A DNA stretch of 64,000 nt from NCBI GenBank assembly GCA_035502035.1, contig DATJUZ010000037.1:136-64135 (forward strand), written 5' to 3'. A program made the position numbers and the translations under genes. Positions 45,373 to 52,743 of the stretch are shown here, in pieces. The notes beneath the pieces are model-generated. The model did no database searches. It was not told where the DNA came from and saw only the letters and a list, made by a program, of their open reading frames with translations. The DNA comes from Thermoplasmata archaeon (GTDB lineage Archaea; Thermoplasmatota; Thermoplasmata; Lutacidiplasmatales; UBA184). Numbering within the stretch: position 1 is the stretch's first letter; every line of letters begins with the position of its first letter.

Positions 45373-46701
45373 GTGATCGGACGCTTCCCGTGGGAACCGT
45401 TCCCCCCGGGGGAGCCGGCGCCGACCGGCGCCGACCCGATCGCCGCGGCGGCATATCGCGGGGCGGTCGAGGGCGCGGACGCCTACCGCGCTGTCCGCAT
45501 CGCCGTGCGACGGGACGCCGGCGTGCTGCGGGTCGGGAACCGGTTCGTCGCGGACGGCCGCTACCGCGAGGTCGCGTTCGTCGCCGTCGGCCATGCGGCG
45601 AGTTCGATGGCGCTCGCCGTCCTCCACGTCTTCGGGGACCGGCTCACGCAGGGGTTCGTCGCGGGGCCGGAGGCTCCCCCCGCGAGCGTGCCGTTCCGCT
45701 CCGTGACGATCGACGACGGGTGGGGCGGCTCGTCGTCGGCGCCCCAGGTCGTCGAGGCGGCCCGGGAGATCGCCGGCGGGCTCCACGAGAACGACCTGTT
45801 GCTGCTCCTGCTCTCGCCCGGCGCGCTCCGGGGCCTCCTCGTACCGCCGTCGACGAGCTCGCCGGGGGCGTTCGCCCGGCTCCTGGAGGGGCTCCACCGC
45901 GCCGGGGCGGCCGGACGCGAGGTCGGGGAGGTCGCCCGGGCCTACGGGGAGGGGGGTGTCGGCGGCCGGCTGCTGCCGGGACCGCTCGCCGCGGAGCTGC
46001 AGCTCCTCGTGGTCGAGCGGGGCGACGGGGCCGTGAGCGTCGGAGGCGGTCCGACGTTCCCGGTCACCCCCGAGGAGCGGACGCGGGCGCGCGCGACGCT
46101 CGAACGGGCGGGACTCGAGGCCCCCGGCGAGCCGGGGCCGTCGCCCCCCGGGCCGACGCCGGGGTCGCACGGGCCGCAGCACCACCGGCCCGTCCTGGTC
46201 GGCTCACCCGAAGACGCGCTCCGGGGCGCGGCGGACGCGGTCGTCGACAAGGGCTGGTCGGCCCGTCTCGGCATGCTCGGCCTGCGGGACCGTCCTTCGG
46301 AGGCGGCGGGCGCGTTCGTCGCCCGCGCCGAGGAGGTGCTCGCCGCCGAGCTCGGCGCCACCGGAGACCGGTCGAAGGGGATCGCCGTCTTCGCGACCAC
46401 GACGCTCGACCTTCCCGAGGGCGTGCCCGAGCAGGCCGCGGCCGAGACGTTCCTCGCGACCTCCCTCGGCGCCCTCCGGCGACGCGAGATGAGCCTCGGG
46501 CTCCTGCGGACCGCCGGGCCGGTCCCGCCTTCGCCGAGCTTTGCCGGCGCGGTCATCGGTGCTCCCGGCGACCCGGGCGCGGACGTGCGGCCCGGTACGG
46601 CACGCCGACTGGCGATGCGCTCCGGGATCACCGACGTCGGTCTCGTCGCGGTCGCCCTCTTCCCGACGCCGGGTCGCTCGCGGCGCCGGACGGACGCCTA
46701 A
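45373..46701 (+). CDS. glycerate kinase/hydroxypyruvate reductase-like (DUF4147 + MOFRL) protein, divergent
   Basis: 442 aa with GTG at 45373. The pattern VAFVAVGHAASSMALAV (compare GKAA..MA) and the overall layout resemble the MOFRL family, but several signature residues differ. Confidence 0.45.
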   Translation: MIGRFPWEPFPPGEPAPTGADPIAAAAYRGAVEGADAYRAVRIAVRRDAGVLRVGNRFVADGRYREVAFVAVGHAASSMALAVLHVFGDRLTQGFVAGPEAPPASVPFRSVTIDDGWGGSSSAPQVVEAAREIAGGLHENDLLLLLLSPGALRGLLVPPSTSSPGAFARLLEGLHRAGAAGREVGEVARAYGEGGVGGRLLPGPLAAELQLLVVERGDGAVSVGGGPTFPVTPEERTRARATLERAGLEAPGEPGPSPPGPTPGSHGPQHHRPVLVGSPEDALRGAADAVVDKGWSARLGMLGLRDRPSEAAGAFVARAEEVLAAELGATGDRSKGIAVFATTTLDLPEGVPEQAAAETFLATSLGALRRREMSLGLLRTAGPVPPSPSFAGAVIGAPGDPGADVRPGTARRLAMRSGITDVGLVAVALFPTPGRSRRRTDA

Positions 46702-46705
46702 CGGG

Positions 46706-47323
46706 CTACCCGGGTGACGGCGACACGCTCGAGCCCCCGCCGGCTCCGGACGCCTCGAAGTGCCGTTTGAGCGCCATGTACTCCGCGAAGGAGATCTGGC
46801 GCCGGGCCCGCACCGCGCCGGCCTGGCGGAGCGAGGTGATCTGGAACGTCCGGAGCAGCTCGGGGACGGCACGGGCCGGGGGAAGCTTCGGCTCGGCCGA
46901 GAGGGGGACGGCCGCTATCGGCGTCTCCCCGACGCGGGTGAGGTCGGCCGGGGAGGTCGTCGCGGGCGCGCCCGGGCCCTCGCCCAGGCTCGCCACGAGG
47001 GCGGCGTGCTCCCCCGGGGTCAGCTCGCCGTCGGCGAGGAGCAGGTCGACCAGGTCCCGCTGGCGAGGACGATACGTCTCGACCAGCTCGCGGAGCTCCC
47101 GGTCCGGCCGCGACGCCGGCCCCGACAGGCCGGCCGGACCGACCGCCGATTCGAGATCGTGGACGAGCTCGTCGAGCGCCCGCGACAGCTCGGCGGAGGA
47201 AGGCCCCTCGCCGGAGGGGCCGACCTCGAACGTCGCGGAAAGCCGGGCGACGGCACCGGGGCCGGCCCGGGCCCCGAGGGGCCGCTCGACGGACAGCTCG
47301 AGATGGTGTCGGCGAGCGGGCAC
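46706..47323 (-). CDS. hypothetical protein (205 aa)
   Basis: GTG at 47323. Good GC3. Acidic helical segments (LRELVETYRPRQRDLVDLLLADGELTPGEHAAL; ISFAEYMALKRHFE). I recognise no family with confidence. Confidence 0.45.
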   Translation of the reverse strand: MPARRHHLELSVERPLGARAGPGAVARLSATFEVGPSGEGPSSAELSRALDELVHDLESAVGPAGLSGPASRPDRELRELVETYRPRQRDLVDLLLADGELTPGEHAALVASLGEGPGAPATTSPADLTRVGETPIAAVPLSAEPKLPPARAVPELLRTFQITSLRQAGAVRARRQISFAEYMALKRHFEASGAGGGSSVSPSPG

Positions 47324-47430
47324 GCGTTCGGACGGGCCCCCGCGAAGAAAACGTACGCTCCGAGAGGACCGCTCGGCGGGGCGCGTTCCGGGCTCAGCGG
47401 TTGACTTTCGTTAGTTGCTGTAGGGCAGTA

Positions 47431-47439
47431 ACTATAAAT
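47431..47439 (+). promoter_or_regulatory. TATA-like box (ACTATAAAT) in an unusually AT-rich divergent spacer
   Basis: Positions 47395-47445 are markedly AT-richer than their surroundings. The box is about 38 nt upstream of the HxlR ATG at 47473. Confidence 0.4.
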
Positions 47440-47472
47440 CCGCCCCGGGGATGGTCGGTCGCGGGCGAGCCG

Positions 47473-47955
47473 ATGCAGAGCACGAGGTCCCGGCGTCCCC
47501 CGACGGGGGAGGAGTCGCCGGAGAGCTGCGACCAGGAAGGCGAGAGCGGCATCTGCCCCGTCCTCGCCGCCGTGGGCGTCATCGGGACGGAGTGGCGGCT
47601 CGCGATCGTGCATCGGCTGCTCGAGGGACCCCAGCGGTTCAGCGAGATCCTGAGGTCGAACTCGCGTCTCAACGCCAAGACGCTCAGCGCGACCCTCAAG
47701 TTCCTCGAGTCGCAGGGGGTCGTCCAGCGCACCGTCGTCAGCACGCGCCCGTTCTCGGTCGTCTACTCCCTGACCGAGATGGGCCTCGGCCTCGCCCCGG
47801 CGGCCCGCGAACTGCGGGCCTGGGGGACCCGCTGGCTGCTTCCCCGGCGCCAGGCGGCGCTGCGCGCCGGGGCGAGCGCTCGGCGCACGCCGGTGATCGA
47901 GGGGGAGCTGCCGCGCATCGTCGCCCCCGAGCCGGAGCCCCGCGCCAAGCCGTAG
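47473..47955 (+). CDS. HxlR family winged-helix transcriptional regulator
   Basis: ATG at 47473 (verified). CPVLAAVGVIGTEWRLAIVHRLLEGPQRFSEILR is the classic HxlR pattern. Confidence 0.8.
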   Translation: MQSTRSRRPPTGEESPESCDQEGESGICPVLAAVGVIGTEWRLAIVHRLLEGPQRFSEILRSNSRLNAKTLSATLKFLESQGVVQRTVVSTRPFSVVYSLTEMGLGLAPAARELRAWGTRWLLPRRQAALRAGASARRTPVIEGELPRIVAPEPEPRAKP

Positions 47956-48584
47956 CCGCGGGCCGGCGAAACCGTCCGCTCTCGGGGCGTTCCGAGCACC
48001 CCCCTTCCGGGGTTCAAGTAGCCCGGTCCCGCTCGTAGTAGTGCAACCACCCAGGGAAGGCTCCCTCACATCGCCGAAGGGGACGGTACCGCGTCTCGGG
48101 CGTGCGGGGCGCCTTCCCACCCCGCGGGTCCGATCGTTCTCACGCTCCTTCCAACGTTCACCTCCGCGGCGACGAACGTCCCCGGCCCGGGGGTCGCACC
48201 CGCGTTCGATGCCTCGCCCGACGTCCCCTCCGTGCCCCGCGCGCTCGCCCGTCCGAACGGAACGGTCCAGCGCCCCGAGCCGGATGCGACGACCTGGCGA
48301 CCCGCCCGTGCGACCCCGGCCGCGCCCGTCGGACGCGACGAGCGTTCGGCGGCCGACCACGAGCCTGCCGTAGTCTTCCACGACCGCCCCGGCACCGCGA
48401 CCCGGTCCCGGCGGCTGACGGCGAGCGTACGCCCGGTCCGGCGGGGCACGAACGGTGAGACCGTGCAGCAGGGAAGCTGTGGACGAACCGACCGCCGCGC
48501 AATGACCGCCGCCGAACGACCGTTGTCGGGAGGCCCGCTCCCGGCGACGCCCGACGCCCTGCGGGACCGACGGGGGGAGCGCCG

Positions 48585-51215
48585 ATGACCCCCGATCGCG
48601 ACGCCGTCGCGCACCTACGCCTCCCTCGCGAGCGGGAGCTCCGGGAACGGCTTTATCGGGAGCTCGCGCGCGCGCTCGCCGGCACCCGCGACCGGGCGAC
48701 CGTGGTCGTCGAGGTCGCGAGCGACGGCGCGCCGCCGCAGCTCTGGGCTGCCCCCGGAGCGCTGCTCGCGCCGGTGCTCGCGACCCCGCCGTTCGCTTCG
48801 CTCCGGGGGGAGCGGGCGACCCCGACCCCGGACGCGATCCGGGAGGACCGATGGGAGGTGTACTGGCGGCTCGCACCGGTCGCCGCGCCGGTTCCCCCGA
48901 ACCCCGGCGCCCCGATCCCGGCGTTTCCCGAACGGGAGCTGATGCTCGGGGAGAGCGGGCGCGTCGAGATCCAGACGTTCTGGCTCTCCGGCCGAGGCGA
49001 TGGGCGTCTGTGGGTGGCGCGCCGCGCGCGCGGATCCGACCGTACGCCCGAACTCGTCCGCCGGCTCGCCCCCGCGATCGCGGGCGCGCTCGCGACGGAG
49101 TGGAGCCGAGCGACCGGGACGCTCTGCGCCCCGCGGGCGGCCGGACGGCTGGGGAAGAGCTGGGGCGTGCTCAGCGGGACGGGGTTCCGCCGCTCCGACT
49201 GGCTGGCGATCCCGAGCGCGCTGGTCGGTCGGACCGCCGAGCCGGTCCTCCCCGCACGGGCCGCCGAGGGGCCGTCGGAGGACGGCCACACCGTGGTGCT
49301 CGGCTCCTCCGGGGCCGGCAAGAGCACCTACCTCGCCGAGCTCGCGGCGCGGTCGATACGGAACGGAACCCCGGTCTTCGCGATCGACCTCCACGGGGAT
49401 CTCGGCCCGGCGATCGCCGCGCGCCTCGGCCCCCGAGAGCACGAAGGGCTCGTGGCCGTCGACGTCGAACGGCGACCGGTCGTGGGCGTTGCGGCGCTCG
49501 ACGGTCCGGATCCCCGGGCGGCCGCGCAGTTCGTCGCGGCGGTGAAGCGCCTCAGCCCGGACGGCGCGGAGGTCTACTGGGGGTTCCGCCTCGAGCGGAT
49601 CTTCGACGCGTTCGTCCGTCTCGCCCAGGAGAGCGGCGGCGGGCTCACCGAGCTGTATGGGCTGCTGACGGAGCCGGACCGGCGCGAGGCGGCCCGGCTC
49701 GCTACGCGCGACCCCCAGCTCGCCCGCTTCCTCGACGAGCTGGGACCGATCCTCCGCCGGACCCCGGATTTCCTCTGGTCGGCGGCGGCGCGGCTGTCGA
49801 AGGTCGTTCTCGTCCCCGCGCTCGGCGAGCTGCTCGCGCCGGCGGACGGCGGCGTCCCGGTCGAGGAGCTGATCGACGCCGGCCGGAGCGTGGTGGTGCG
49901 GGTCCCGTTCGCGGCGGTCGGACCGGAGGCGGCCGCGTTCGCCGGTTCGCTGCTGCTCGCTCGGGTCTATCTCGGGCTCGCCGCCCGACGGCGCGACGAC
50001 GGACCGGCGCGCCCGCTCCTCGTCGTCCTGGACGAGGTGCAGGGCCTCGCGCCGCGGCTCGTCGCGGAGATGCTGGCGGAGGGACGCAAGTCCGGGGTCC
50101 GCCTGACGATCGCGACGCAGTATCCGGAGCGCCTCGCCGCCGAGCTGCGCGCCGCGGCGATGGGGGTGAGCCGCGGGGTCGTCGCCTTCCGGGTCCCCCG
50201 GGCCAGCGCACCCCTCGTCGGCAGCTGGCTGGGGCTTGCGCCCGCCGAGGCCGAGCGGGAGCTCGCCGAGCTACCGGTGGGCGTCGGCCTCTGCCGCGTC
50301 GGCGGCGCCGGCGAGCTCTGCACCGTCGGGCCGCAGTCGCCGCCCAGCCCGGACGCGCGGGCGCCCTGGAAGGCGAGCGTGGATCGGACCGGCGCGGAGT
50401 TCGTTCCGACCGCCGCGGTCCCGACCGAGGAGGCCGAGCCGGCGGTCGAGCGGCTGCTGCTCGCGGTCCTGGCGGCGGAGGAGCGGGGGTCGCCGGTTCC
50501 GGCTCCTCGGTGGGTCGACGAAGCGCTCGAGCTTCCGGGGCCGCCGGTCGATCGCGCGCTGCTCGAGGACCGACGGGCGACGCTCGGGCGACGGCGGCTG
50601 GTCGAGGAGGGGGACGGCGCGATCCGACTGACGGCGGCCGGCGAGCGCGCGCTCGGGCTGCGCGCCGACACCGGCGCCGCCCGCGAGAGCGGCGAGCATC
50701 GACGGCTGCTGCTGAGCGTCTTCCGCCTCTTCGCCCGGAACGGCCACCGGCTCGAGATCGTGCGGCAGGGCCGGTTCGACACGACCCTGCCGGACGCGCG
50801 CTTCCGACAACTCCCGGAGCCGTCGGCAGGGGGGACGCCCCGGCAGCTGCTCGAGCGGCTCGAACGGGCCCGGGACGGCTGGGCGTGGCGCTGCTTCCGG
50901 GGGCTGGACGTCCAGGTCGAGGTGGAGGTCTCCGGCGCGACCCGTCTCGACCGGATCCGGCACGGTCTCGAGAAGGCCCGTCGGCGAGGGAGCTATGCGC
51001 TGTTCGTGGTCGGGACGGCGGAGCACGCCGCCCGCGTCCGACGGAGCCTGCGGACCCTGGGCGCCGGCTCGGAGGTCGCGCAGGTCTGGAGGCTCGGCGC
51101 CGGGCGTCCCTCCCGAGACGGTAAGGGAGGCGACGGCTCGACCGACGGATGCGGGAGTTCGTCGCGCTCGAGGTCGGGGGGAGCGACGGCGGCGAGCGTG
51201 CTCCCCAGCATCTGA
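48585..51215 (+). CDS. HerA/DUF87-like P-loop ATPase fused to a wHTH-like region and a C-terminal restriction-endonuclease-fold-like region
   Basis: 876 aa. Walker A LGSSGAGKST, AIDLHGDL, Walker B LLVVLDEVQ, EGRKSGVRLTIATQYP. C-terminal pattern GEH..D..PD..VEVEV..K. The N-terminal 235 aa are unrecognised. Confidence 0.75.
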   Translation: MTPDRDAVAHLRLPRERELRERLYRELARALAGTRDRATVVVEVASDGAPPQLWAAPGALLAPVLATPPFASLRGERATPTPDAIREDRWEVYWRLAPVAAPVPPNPGAPIPAFPERELMLGESGRVEIQTFWLSGRGDGRLWVARRARGSDRTPELVRRLAPAIAGALATEWSRATGTLCAPRAAGRLGKSWGVLSGTGFRRSDWLAIPSALVGRTAEPVLPARAAEGPSEDGHTVVLGSSGAGKSTYLAELAARSIRNGTPVFAIDLHGDLGPAIAARLGPREHEGLVAVDVERRPVVGVAALDGPDPRAAAQFVAAVKRLSPDGAEVYWGFRLERIFDAFVRLAQESGGGLTELYGLLTEPDRREAARLATRDPQLARFLDELGPILRRTPDFLWSAAARLSKVVLVPALGELLAPADGGVPVEELIDAGRSVVVRVPFAAVGPEAAAFAGSLLLARVYLGLAARRRDDGPARPLLVVLDEVQGLAPRLVAEMLAEGRKSGVRLTIATQYPERLAAELRAAAMGVSRGVVAFRVPRASAPLVGSWLGLAPAEAERELAELPVGVGLCRVGGAGELCTVGPQSPPSPDARAPWKASVDRTGAEFVPTAAVPTEEAEPAVERLLLAVLAAEERGSPVPAPRWVDEALELPGPPVDRALLEDRRATLGRRRLVEEGDGAIRLTAAGERALGLRADTGAARESGEHRRLLLSVFRLFARNGHRLEIVRQGRFDTTLPDARFRQLPEPSAGGTPRQLLERLERARDGWAWRCFRGLDVQVEVEVSGATRLDRIRHGLEKARRRGSYALFVVGTAEHAARVRRSLRTLGAGSEVAQVWRLGAGRPSRDGKGGDGSTDGCGSSSRSRSGGATAASVLPSI

Positions 51216-51670
51216 CGCTGCGGTTCCTCGGGGAGGTCGCGCCGGAGCGGAACGACCGGCTGGCCGAGCGGCTCTCGGGGGTCGCGCGAGCGCACCGGCC
51301 GTTCACGATCCGGCTCGAGGGGGTGGGGGCGTTCCCGAGTCCGGCGCGGCCGCGCGTCGTCTGGGTCGGGGTCACCGCGGGTCGGTCGGAGCTGGTCGCG
51401 CTCGCCGACGCCGTGCGCGCGGCGCTGGAGCCGGAGTTCGGACGGGCCGCGGAGCCGTTCGTCCCCCACCTGACGCTCTGGCGGGTCCGCTCGCCGGCGG
51501 ACCGCGCCGCCGCGCTCGAGCTCCTCGGAGGGCACCGTCCGGCCCCGTCCCCTCGGGACGTCGAGGTCCGCGAGCTGCTCCTCAAGGAGAGCCGGCTCGG
51601 TGCCGGCGGCGCCGTCCACCGGACCGTACGGGCGTTCCCGCTCGAGGCGCCCCGAGCGGCCCCGCCCTAG
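51149..51670 (+). CDS. thpR: 2H phosphoesterase (RNA 2',3'-cyclic phosphodiesterase ThpR / 2'-5' RNA ligase LigT family)
   Basis: 173 aa. Two HxT motifs (HLTLRF, HLTLWR). The N-terminus MREFVALEV is typical. It overlaps the 3' end of the ATPase by 67 nt. Confidence 0.85.
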   Translation: MREFVALEVGGSDGGERAPQHLTLRFLGEVAPERNDRLAERLSGVARAHRPFTIRLEGVGAFPSPARPRVVWVGVTAGRSELVALADAVRAALEPEFGRAAEPFVPHLTLWRVRSPADRAAALELLGGHRPAPSPRDVEVRELLLKESRLGAGGAVHRTVRAFPLEAPRAAPP

Positions 51671-52569
51671 CCGGCCCGCGCGGCGACCTCGGTGACCAGC
51701 CGCCGCCAGAGGTACAGGGTCGCGTAGCTGCCCCAGCCGGCGTAGTGGCGCGCCGCCCAGGCGCGCGCGTCGGACTCCGGTGCTTCGCGCGCCACCGCTC
51801 CGAACCGCTCGAGGGCGACCCGCACGCCGAGGTCGCCGGCGACGAAGATGTCGGTCCGGCCGGCCCCGCGCAGCAGCGCGTTCTCCGCGCTCCACGGGCC
51901 AACCCCGGGGAGCCGCTCGAGCTCGGCGCGCGCGTCGTCCGCGGAGGCCCGCCGGAGCTGCCCGAGCGTGGGGGCCCGGGAGGACCACGCGCCGACCCCG
52001 AGGAGGGCGCGGGCCTTCGCCCGGCTCAGGCCGACGGACCGGAGGCCGCTCGCCCCGGCCGACACGAGCTCGTCCGGGGCCGGCAGGACCGGCACGTCGA
52101 TCCCTCCGGCGTCCAGCGAGCGTCCGAAGCGGGCGACGAGCCGACGGGTGATCGCGTTCGCGCTCGCGACGGACAGCTGCTGGCCGACGATCGCGTGCAG
52201 CAGGGCCTCGTAGAGGTTCGCGTCCCGGGGGAGCCGCAACCCCCGGAACCGGCGCTCGGTACCGCGGAGCACGGGTTCGTTCCGGACCCGGCGGTAGAAC
52301 GCCCCCAGGTCGTCCTCCAGGGAGAACAGCTCGCGCACGGCGCGTCGTGCGGCGACCGGACCGACCCCGTACGCCTCCACCGCCCAGCGGTCGGACGAAG
52401 GCTCGACCGCGAGCGCGAAGGGGCGCTCCGGGGGGCCCCACGCGCGCAGCAGGCGCTCGCCGTCCTGCACGAAGACGGTCGATCGGGAGGAGGAGGCGAG
52501 CTGCTCGCGGGCGCGCTCCAGCGACGCGAGACGGGGGGGTCGGAGGAACGTGCGGACGCCGCGGGCCAT
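51667..52569 (-). CDS. alkA: DNA-3-methyladenine glycosylase II (AlkA-like, HhH-GPD)
   Basis: ATG at 52569 (verified). 300 aa. LYEALLHAIVGQQLSVASANAITRRL and the HhH-GPD loop LPGVGPWSAE...D. Confidence 0.8.
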   Translation of the reverse strand: MARGVRTFLRPPRLASLERAREQLASSSRSTVFVQDGERLLRAWGPPERPFALAVEPSSDRWAVEAYGVGPVAARRAVRELFSLEDDLGAFYRRVRNEPVLRGTERRFRGLRLPRDANLYEALLHAIVGQQLSVASANAITRRLVARFGRSLDAGGIDVPVLPAPDELVSAGASGLRSVGLSRAKARALLGVGAWSSRAPTLGQLRRASADDARAELERLPGVGPWSAENALLRGAGRTDIFVAGDLGVRVALERFGAVAREAPESDARAWAARHYAGWGSYATLYLWRRLVTEVAARAG

Positions 52570-52743
52570 GACGGCCGGGCAGGGGGACCGGCGTTTAGCG
52601 CCGTCCGCCAGCGTTCGACCCGCGGGGTCGCCTCCGGTGGGGTTAAACGACCGCTCGGCGATGCCGCCGCTCGCCCGCGACCGCCGGCCGCGGGCGGGGG
52701 TGGGGCGACGGCGAGGGTCGGCGGCCCGGTCGCGGCAGCGTTG

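Noticed and set aside
47956-48584. Possible RNase P RNA in the unassigned gap
   Set aside because: GGAACGGUCCAGCGCC and GUGCAGCAGGGAAGC loosely resemble the CR-I and J11/12 motifs. However, their spacing (about 200 nt) and order do not fit, and I found no ACAGAAnCCGGCUUA-like CR-V.
48232-48588. 118-aa ORF ending in an ATGA overlap with the ATPase start
   Set aside because: It is not called as a gene. Its composition is Arg/Pro/Thr/Ala-rich, its GC3 of about 82% is lower than in confident genes, and I recognise no motif. It is kept as an open question in the finding on the 630-nt gap.
48851-51585. 757-aa plus-strand and 627-aa minus-strand ORFs over the ATPase gene
   Set aside because: They are alternative frames of 48585..51215. 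They lack the Walker motifs present in the chosen frame and are dominated by Arg, Gly and Pro.
50995-52743. N-terminal 583 codons of the 1488-aa track ORF 50995..55461. The same issue affects the long versions of 4404..6566, 6981..8609, 18253..19965, 21363..23585, 36616..38658 and 37794..39215.
   Set aside because: The extensions overlap upstream genes that have clear motifs, and they are Arg-rich. Internal ATG/GTG starts, verified in the sequence, give proteins of normal family length and often have an SD or a stop-start overlap.
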